The notes beneath the pieces were generated by a model, which saw only the letters and a program-made list of their open reading frames with translations, made no database searches and was not told where the DNA came from. A stretch of DNA of 64,000 nucleotides from Myxococcota bacterium (GTDB taxonomy: Bacteria; Myxococcota_A; UBA796; UBA2385). The stretch covers positions 531,400-595,399 of the forward strand of contig JBIJDH010000002.1 of the NCBI GenBank assembly GCA_044344255.1, read 5' to 3'. How positions within the stretch are numbered: position 1 is the first letter of the stretch; each line of letters starts with the position of its first letter. The translations under genes were made by a program, and so were the position numbers. This document shows, one piece after another, positions 57,198 to 64,000 of the stretch.

Positions 57198-58574
57198 CTG
57201 CCCCAAGCTGCCCCGCCCGCTGAGCCCCCCGCCGGCGCCCGCCCCCTGTACGTCGCGATCGTCGGCGCCGGGCCGGCCGCCTTCTTCGCGATCGGCGCGC
57301 TCCATCAGGCGGAGAGCCTGCCCGGCGGACGCGCGGTCGCGGTGGACCTCTTCGAGCGCCTGCCCACCCCCTACGGCCTCCTGCGCAGCGGCGTGGCCCC
57401 CGACCACCAGAACATCAAGGCCATCCGCCACAAGTTCGCGCGGACCGCCGCCAGCGTCCGCATCCGCTTCTTCGGAGGCGTACAGATCGGCCGCGACCTG
57501 AGCGTGGAGGCGCTCCGGGAGCAGTACGACGCCCTGCTCATCGCCACCGGCTGCGAAGATGACCGTCCCCTCGGCATCCCCGGCGAGGCGCTGCCGGGCG
57601 TCCACTCGGCCACCGACTTTGTCTGCTGGTACAACGGTCACCCCGATCACTCGGCTGCCTTCGAGGCCCTCGGTCGGGCGCGGCGCGTGGTGGTGATCGG
57701 CAACGGCAACGTGGCCGTTGACGTCGCCCGGCTCCTCCTCCGCGCCCCCGCGTCGCTGGCGGCCACCGACATCTCCGCCCCGGCCCTGCGTGCGCTCGGT
57801 GAGGGCTCGGTCGAGTCTGTCCACCTCGTGGGCCGGCGCGGCCCCGAAGAGGCCGCCTTCACCCAATCCGAGCTCGACGAGCTGCTCGAGCTCGACGGCG
57901 TCTCGGTCTCCGCGGCGCCTCCCCCGGAGGCCTCGGAGGGCGCCCGGTCGGCCTCGATCGCGCTGGCCTGCGGGCGCGCCGGCCCCGCCGCTCGTCGGCT
58001 CCACCTCGAGTTCTCCGCCTCCCCCACCGAGCTCCTCGCCGACGACCAGGGGCGGCTCCGCGCGGTCTGCCTGCGACGCAACCGGCTCTTGCGCGAGGGC
58101 GGGCGAGTGGTGCCCGTCCCCACCGAGGAGCGCTGGGAGGAGCCCTGTGAGCTCCTGCTTCGGGCCATCGGCTACCGCGGGGTGCCGATCCCCGGCCTCC
58201 CCACCACCGCGGAGGGCATCGTCCAGAACGAGGGCGGGCGGGTGATCGACGCCGCCGGGGCCCCCATCCCGGGGCTGTACGTGACCGGCTGGGCCCGCCG
58301 CGGCCCGGTCGGCCTGATCGGCGGCTGTCGGCCCGACGCTCAGGAGGTGGTCGAGGCGCTGCTGGCCGACCTCCCCGGCGCCGCGACCGACCGGGCGCCC
58401 CCCGATCCCGAGGCCCTGCTGCGGGCCCAGGGGCACCCGTGGGTGAGCTGGGCGGGCTGGGAGCGGATCGACCACGAAGAGCTGCGCCTGGGCGCGCTCC
58501 ACGGCAAGCCGAGAGAGAAGCTGGTCAGCTGGGGGGCCCTGTTGGCCGTCGCCAAGGACGCAGGCTCGCTTTAG
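57198..58574 (+). CDS. Ferredoxin/adrenodoxin-NADP+ reductase (FprA-like); probable CTG start
   Basis: In-frame VAIVGAGPAAFFA upstream of first GTG; PTPYGLLRSGVAPDH, FVCWYNGHPD, IGNGNVAVDVAR, GWARRGPVGLIG, GKPREK. Confidence 0.88.
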   Translation: MPQAAPPAEPPAGARPLYVAIVGAGPAAFFAIGALHQAESLPGGRAVAVDLFERLPTPYGLLRSGVAPDHQNIKAIRHKFARTAASVRIRFFGGVQIGRDLSVEALREQYDALLIATGCEDDRPLGIPGEALPGVHSATDFVCWYNGHPDHSAAFEALGRARRVVVIGNGNVAVDVARLLLRAPASLAATDISAPALRALGEGSVESVHLVGRRGPEEAAFTQSELDELLELDGVSVSAAPPPEASEGARSASIALACGRAGPAARRLHLEFSASPTELLADDQGRLRAVCLRRNRLLREGGRVVPVPTEERWEEPCELLLRAIGYRGVPIPGLPTTAEGIVQNEGGRVIDAAGAPIPGLYVTGWARRGPVGLIGGCRPDAQEVVEALLADLPGAATDRAPPDPEALLRAQGHPWVSWAGWERIDHEELRLGALHGKPREKLVSWGALLAVAKDAGSL

Positions 58575-58625
58575 GGGAGGCCCGGCGCGGCGACGCTTGG
58601 CTGTAAGTTCAAGGCGGCTCCGCCG

Positions 58626-61600
58626 TTGGGGCCCACGCGCGGCGCCGCTCGGGGCCGCCCCCCCTCCGCGCCCCCTCTCCGTGCCCCCCTCCCGCTCGGA
58701 CCGCCCTTGTCGCTCGCCCTCCTCCTCCTGCTCGCCGCGCACGCCCAGGATGAGGCCGTGGTGCCCCTCCTGGCGATCGAGCGGCCGCCGGAGCTTGAGG
58801 TGCCCCTGCTCGCGCCCACCCCGCTGCTGGTGCATCGGCTGTCGGTGGAGCTCCGGCCCGGGCGGCCCGAGAGCCAGGTTGAGCTCACGGCGGAGCTCGA
58901 GGGTATGGGCGGCGGCTGGATCGACCTCCCGGTCGCGGGCGCCGGCCTTACCATCATCGAGGCCCGCCTGGACGGCGTCCCGGTGGCCCTGCCGCCGGCG
59001 GAGGACGGCTGGCGGCACCTCGTCACGCGCGCGCGGGGGCGCCACCGCCTCACCCTGACCGGCCTCCTCCCGAGCCCCGAGTCGGGGGTGGCGCTGCCCA
59101 TGATGTCCGCGGCGCGCGCCTCGCTGCGGGTCATCGCGCCCGGGCAGGACGTCCGCCAGGCGGGGCGCCTGCTCCGGGGCGGACGGGTCGACCTCGCCCC
59201 CGGGGAGGCCCTCTCCCTCCAGTGGGCGCCCACGAGCCCGCCGCCGCCGCGCCCCGTCGTGCTGGTGGCGGAGAGCGCGGTCGCCCTCCGCGCCGACGCC
59301 GCCGGCATCGAGGGGCGAGCCCGCCTCACGTGGCGGGTGAGCGGGGGCAGCGTGCAGGAGGTGCGCTTTCGGATGCCCGGCCGCACCGAGGCCCTGAGCC
59401 TGACCGGCGCGGGGGTCCGCGGCTTCCGCCAGGAGGGGGGGCTCGTCATCGTCAGCCTCGAGGCCCCCGAGCGCGACGGGGTCTCGATCGACCTCGGCTT
59501 TCGCGGGCCGCCGCCCGCAGACGGCGCCGAGGCCGCCCCGGTGCCCGTCCCCGAGGCCGCCCGCGCCACGGGCTGGCTCACGCTCCTCCGCGGCGACGAG
59601 TCCATCCTCATCCCCGCGGCCGGCCCCGGCCTCGAGCCGGTCTCCGCGCGGGCCCTGCCCGCCGCCGCCAGCGGCCTGCTCGACGGCAGCGTGCTCGCCA
59701 CCTATCAGACCGCGCAGAGCCCCTCGCTCACCTGGCGGCTCAGCCGCTACACCCCCGTAGACGAGCCCCCCACCGTCGTCGATGACGCCCGCTACACCTT
59801 GGCGCTCACGGAGGTCGGGCGGGTGGTGCTGCGGGCCCGGTACCAGGTCCGGAACGACCGCAACCAGTTCCTCCGCCTCACGCTGCCGCCGGGCTACCGC
59901 TGCCTCGGGGTGCGGGTGTCGGGGCGCACCGTCAACGCCGTCGCCGACGCCTCCGGCGTGCTGGCGATCCCGCTCGAGAAGTCGGTCGAGACCTTGAACG
60001 GGCTCGTCACCTTCCCGGTCGAGCTGCTCCTGATCGGCGAGGAGCCGGCCTGGGAGGCCCGCGGGGCCCGAGTGCTCCAGAGCCCGGCGCTCGACGCCCC
60101 GATCGCCAGCGCCCGCTGGGAGCTCCGCCTGCCCGCTGGCGTCGAGGTCCGCGAGGTGGAGGGCGCGGTGCGGCGGGTCGAGGAGTGGACCGGCAGCGAG
60201 CAGGCCATTCAGTACGGATCGGCCTACACCCGGGGCGGCGGGGGCGATGACGGCGACGAAGAGGCCGTGGAGATCGACTTCGCCTCCCCACGCGGGCAGC
60301 GCCGCGCCGCCCGACGGGCCGCGGCAGCGGAGGAGGAAGAGGAGGAGGGCGGCGAGCGCGCCGCGGGACAGGCCGCTCAAGACGACACCCGCGAGCAGGT
60401 CTCCCAAGAGCTGTGGAACCAGGCCTACGACGCCTACAAGACCAACGAATTCTCAAAGGCCGACGACCTCCTCCAAGCCTCGATCGCCGCCGACCCCACC
60501 AACATCGCCGCGAAGTCGTTGCAGTCCAACGTCAACGTGCTGCTCGGCAAGGACAAGGCGAGCGAGGGAGAGGTGGGCGCCCGCCGCGTCAAGGACATGG
60601 CCCGGGCCAAGACGGGGCGCGCCGAGGTCGAGCAGGAGAAGCTGCTGAAGGAGGCTGAGGAGCAGACGCGCCGCGGGGACTACGCCGCCGCGGAGTCCAA
60701 CTACGAGCGGCTCGTCGAGATCACCTCCGGCCTCGCCAACGTCGAGCAGCAGGAGAGCAACGAGCAGAAGGTCAACCTCTCGACGATCACGAGCAGCCTC
60801 TCCTCCCTCCGTTCGCAACGTGAGAGCGCGGCGAATTCCCCGGTCGGCGGCCTGCAGGGTCAGGTCGCGGCGGCCCACCCGGACGGTGTCACTGGCGCCC
60901 CTTTCGGCGACGCTATCGGCGACGCTATCGGCGACATTTCGGGCGCGACCACGGGCGAGGAAGGCGAGGTAGAACCAGCATCACCAGGCTTCTTCGGCGC
61001 GAGCCAGGTCGATAATGGCTATATCGTCGATGCGTTGGAGATCTCAGACGACGAGCGCCCCGCGCCGCCGGTGGAGTCCCCCGAGCCTGTCCAATCGGCG
61101 GACCAGGACGCCGGGATCGACGACGTGGACCTCGCCGAGCCCGAGGTCGTCTACGCCACCGAGGACCTCCCCGAAACCACCGTCGCGGCGCAAGCGATCG
61201 TGCTGGAGTCCAAGCGATCCATCCCGATCTCGGGGCGGTCCTACTCGACCACCGTCCAGTCCGCGTCGGGCGTCGAGGGCCGGGAGCGGAACAAGAAGAT
61301 CGGGGGCAAAGGCTCCGGCGCGGGCCGGGCAGCGCCCGACAAGGCGCCGGCTGCGCAGGCCTCGCCCGCGCCGGTAGCCGCCCCCGCCGCGCCACAGGCC
61401 GCGCGCCCCGCCGAGCCCGCTCGGCGCGCCGTCGCCGATGAGAAAGCCAAGCTCAAGTCGCCCAAGTCAGAGGCCGTCGCCCCGCAGAAGCCGGTTGACC
61501 GCCCCCAGAGCCTCGCGGACTCCCTCAGCGGGGTCGAGGCCTTCCCCCTCTCGATCGCCCTCCCGAGCGCCCTCCACCCCCTGCGGGTGGAGAAGGAGCT

Positions 61601-61664
61601 CGTCGCGGAGGGCCAGCCCATCACGATCACGATCCGATACCGCACCCGGAAGGACAGACCATGA
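58626..61664 (+). CDS. Large secreted hypothetical protein, paralogue of downstream gene, with helical/TPR-like and low-complexity insert
   Basis: Signal peptide ending AHA; YQVRNDRNQFLRLTLP; ATGA overlap with next gene. Confidence 0.75.
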   Translation: MGPTRGAARGRPPSAPPLRAPLPLGPPLSLALLLLLAAHAQDEAVVPLLAIERPPELEVPLLAPTPLLVHRLSVELRPGRPESQVELTAELEGMGGGWIDLPVAGAGLTIIEARLDGVPVALPPAEDGWRHLVTRARGRHRLTLTGLLPSPESGVALPMMSAARASLRVIAPGQDVRQAGRLLRGGRVDLAPGEALSLQWAPTSPPPPRPVVLVAESAVALRADAAGIEGRARLTWRVSGGSVQEVRFRMPGRTEALSLTGAGVRGFRQEGGLVIVSLEAPERDGVSIDLGFRGPPPADGAEAAPVPVPEAARATGWLTLLRGDESILIPAAGPGLEPVSARALPAAASGLLDGSVLATYQTAQSPSLTWRLSRYTPVDEPPTVVDDARYTLALTEVGRVVLRARYQVRNDRNQFLRLTLPPGYRCLGVRVSGRTVNAVADASGVLAIPLEKSVETLNGLVTFPVELLLIGEEPAWEARGARVLQSPALDAPIASARWELRLPAGVEVREVEGAVRRVEEWTGSEQAIQYGSAYTRGGGGDDGDEEAVEIDFASPRGQRRAARRAAAAEEEEEEGGERAAGQAAQDDTREQVSQELWNQAYDAYKTNEFSKADDLLQASIAADPTNIAAKSLQSNVNVLLGKDKASEGEVGARRVKDMARAKTGRAEVEQEKLLKEAEEQTRRGDYAAAESNYERLVEITSGLANVEQQESNEQKVNLSTITSSLSSLRSQRESAANSPVGGLQGQVAAAHPDGVTGAPFGDAIGDAIGDISGATTGEEGEVEPASPGFFGASQVDNGYIVDALEISDDERPAPPVESPEPVQSADQDAGIDDVDLAEPEVVYATEDLPETTVAAQAIVLESKRSIPISGRSYSTTVQSASGVEGRERNKKIGGKGSGAGRAAPDKAPAAQASPAPVAAPAAPQAARPAEPARRAVADEKAKLKSPKSEAVAPQKPVDRPQSLADSLSGVEAFPLSIALPSALHPLRVEKELVAEGQPITITIRYRTRKDRP

Positions 61665-63502
61665 TCCGCTCCGCCCTGCTCGCCCTCCTCCTCCTCCTCC
61701 CCCTCGGCGTCGCGCAGGCGGCCGACGACATCCCGGCCGCCCGGGTGGTCCTGCCCTGGGCCGACTTCAAGGTGCTCTACGAGAAGGGCAAGGCCCCCGA
61801 GGTCAAGCCGGAGCCCTCGCCGCGGGCCTTCGCGGTGGCCAAGGCGGTCTACACGGGAGAGGTCCAGGGCGAGTCCACGGTCTTCAAGGCCCGGATCCGG
61901 GTCAACGTGCTGAAGGAGAAGGGCTGGGCCACCGTGCCCCTGCTCCCCACCTCCGTCGCGCTCCGCCAGGCCCGCGTGGGCGCCGCAGACGCGGCGATCT
62001 ACCTGGAGAACGGCTGGTACACCTTCATCACCGACAAGTCCGGCCCCGTCGACATCGACCTCGAGTTCGCCGTCTCCACCTGGGAGAGCGCGGGCCAGAG
62101 CGGCTTCACCTTCGCCCTCGCCCCCTCGGGGGGCACCGAGGTCGATCTCGTCGTCCCCGCCGAGCAGCAGCTCGAATTCAAGGTGAGCAACGCCCAGCAG
62201 GTGGTCTCGACCGCGGCGGGCAACACGCGCAAGATGCACGCCCTGCTCCCCGCGACCGGCAACCTCGCCGTGACCTGGCAGCGGAAGGGGGCCTCGGCGC
62301 AAGACACGGGCCCGGAGGCCACCGCGCGGGTCTACGCGGAGCACCAGGCCCTGATCGGCGTCGGTGAGGGGATCCTGCAGGGTACGAGCATCATCAATTA
62401 CTCGATCCTGCACAAAGGGGTCCAGAGCCTCCGCTTCTCGCTGCCGGCCGACGTGACCGTGCTCGATGTGACCGGGAAGGGCGTCGCCGACTGGAAGGCT
62501 ACCGAGGCCAACGGTCGCCGCAACATCGAGGTCAGCCTCGGCTTTGAGGCCAAGGGCGCCTACACCCTGCGGGTCGACTACGAGCGCGGCCTGAAGGAGG
62601 GCAGCACCAGCGTCGAGGTGCCCCAGCTCGCCCTCGCAGGGGTGGAGCGCATCAAGGGCTGGGTCGGCGTCGACGCGCGCTCCAACCTCGAGATCACCGC
62701 CGGCACCGTCGCCGAGGCCCGCGCGGTCGATGTCCGGGAGCTGCCCGCCTCGATCCTCGGCCAGACCGACTGGCCGGTGCTGCTTGGCTTCGCCTACCGG
62801 AAGGAGGGCTGGAACATCCCCCTCGTGGTGCGCCAACACACCGATCTCGACATGATCGTCACCCTCATCGATCAGGCCGCCGCCACCACCGCGCTCACCC
62901 CCGACGGCCGGCGGATGACGCAGGTGACCTACGCCATGCGCAACAACCGCGCCCAGTACCTTCGGTTGAAGCTACCGAAGGGCGCCCAGCCCTGGAGCAC
63001 CTTCGTCGGCGGTCGGGCGGTGAAGCCCGCCCAAGGCGACGACGGCCGCATCCTCATCCCCCTGGCGCGCAGCCAGACCGCCGGCGGCGATCTCGCGCGC
63101 TTCGCCGTGGAGATCGTCTACGTCGAAGAGGGCAACCCCCCGTCGGGCGGGCGGACGAGCGATTTCGAGGCGGAGCTGCCCATCGCCGACGTCCCCTCCA
63201 CCGCGGTCGACTGGACCGTCTACGTGCCGAAGGGCGCCAAGATCAAGCCGCGCACGATCGGCGGCGCGCTCCGCCCCGTGCCGTACTTCACGCCCATCGA
63301 CCTCGGCGGCGTGGCGCTCGACCAGCTCAAGAACCAGGTCCAACAGCAGGCCAACGCCCAGTTCGACAGCGGCGCGATGGGGGCTGGCGTCCAGCCCGTG
63401 CGGGTGTCCCTGCCCCTCGACGGTCAGGCCTACAACTTCGAGAAGCTGCTGGTCTTGAACGAGAAGCTCGACCTGCACTTCACCTACAAGGGCCCGAAGT
63501 AG
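61661..63502 (+). CDS. Secreted hypothetical beta-rich protein
   Basis: Signal peptide ending AQA; YAMRNNRAQYLRLKLP; strongly GC3-biased codons. Confidence 0.82.
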   Translation: MIRSALLALLLLLPLGVAQAADDIPAARVVLPWADFKVLYEKGKAPEVKPEPSPRAFAVAKAVYTGEVQGESTVFKARIRVNVLKEKGWATVPLLPTSVALRQARVGAADAAIYLENGWYTFITDKSGPVDIDLEFAVSTWESAGQSGFTFALAPSGGTEVDLVVPAEQQLEFKVSNAQQVVSTAAGNTRKMHALLPATGNLAVTWQRKGASAQDTGPEATARVYAEHQALIGVGEGILQGTSIINYSILHKGVQSLRFSLPADVTVLDVTGKGVADWKATEANGRRNIEVSLGFEAKGAYTLRVDYERGLKEGSTSVEVPQLALAGVERIKGWVGVDARSNLEITAGTVAEARAVDVRELPASILGQTDWPVLLGFAYRKEGWNIPLVVRQHTDLDMIVTLIDQAAATTALTPDGRRMTQVTYAMRNNRAQYLRLKLPKGAQPWSTFVGGRAVKPAQGDDGRILIPLARSQTAGGDLARFAVEIVYVEEGNPPSGGRTSDFEAELPIADVPSTAVDWTVYVPKGAKIKPRTIGGALRPVPYFTPIDLGGVALDQLKNQVQQQANAQFDSGAMGAGVQPVRVSLPLDGQAYNFEKLLVLNEKLDLHFTYKGPK

Positions 63503-63556
63503 GCGGGCTCGGGCCCCTTCGTCGAGCCCCTGTGTCGGGCTACGCGACCGGGCCCG

Positions 63557-63676
63557 TCACCGCGGCACGTGCTCCTTGCAGCGCGCCGCGTAGTCCTCCG
63601 GGCACTCCTTGGTCAACAGCCACTCGGTGATCAGGGTCTCGAGCTCGGCCTGGTCGGCGGCGTCGGTGCGGGCTGG
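63557..63676 (-). pseudogene. Possible 3' gene remnant abutting the IS91-like end
   Basis: Coding-like frame PARTDAADQAELETLITEWLLTKECPEDYAARCKEHVPR* starting at the putative oriIS boundary. Confidence 0.3.
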
Positions 63677-64000
63677 GGATAGGGCGCATGAACGGCGGGG
63701 GGCAATCACGACGCCGACCTTACCACAGGTCCCCGCTACCCTCGCTCTGCCGGGGTACGGCCCCGAGAGGGCGTCTTTTGTCCCGATCTCGGGTGCCCAG
63801 CCAAAGCTGGCGCCCCGGTCCCGCGTCGCCGCCCTCCGGTCATCGCGCTGCGGCCGCGGCGGCGGGTGGGCCCCGGGAGGCCGCCGCGCTTCGACGCAGG
63901 CTCGCGAGCACCTGGCTCGTCGTCGGGCCGCCTTCGAACACGGCGCGCAGGGTCATGCGGCAGCCACAGCCCGGGCACCGCCAGCCATCTTCCGCGAACA
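63677..64000 (-). mobile_element. Downstream end of an IS91/ISCR-like rolling-circle element (transposase C-terminus 63840-64000 plus oriIS-like end)
   Basis: Minus frame (V)FAEDGWRCPGCGCRMTLRAV...VLASL...SRGPP...*; downstream GCCGTTCATGCGCCCTATCC resembles oriIS termini. Confidence 0.6.

Noticed and set aside
57111..60407. 1098-aa minus-strand ORF
   Set aside because: Antisense shadow of the reductase and the secreted protein; Arg/Gly/Ala-rich with no motifs
60906..60938. 12-bp tandem repeat GGCGACGCTATC (GDAI x2.5)
   Set aside because: Short in-frame slippage in a low-complexity linker; no further structure

Overview
High-GC bacterial chromosomal segment whose gene content (PilZ/TIGR02266-type fusions, MYXO-CTERM-like tail, Agl/Glt-like genes) points to Myxococcota. 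Housekeeping genes: purF 3' end, fabG, efp, rsmD, meaB, dacB, galE, ftsK-lolA-rimO, tRNA-Phe(GAA). It also carries a six-gene alternative complex III operon (actA-F, minus strand) and a contiguous Agl/Glt-like TonB/Tol-type envelope machine (29.2-40.9 kb) followed by an outer-membrane beta-barrel. The accessory-looking right arm (50-64 kb) holds a TPR-glycosyltransferase, DUF6165, a divergent EpmA/LysRS-like ligase, a GNAT-like protein, a cNMP-domain/PLP desulfurase-like fusion, an FprA-type reductase that appears to need a CTG start, two tandem paralogous secreted proteins, and the 3' end of an IS91-like transposase at the window edge. Best leads: the EpmA paralogue with its lysine side-chain pocket remodelled, the self-contained Agl/Glt-like cluster with an Asn/Asp pair of ExbD-like subunits, and an ECHDC1-like decarboxylase coupled to meaB. 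All family calls come from motif recognition by eye; no database search was run.
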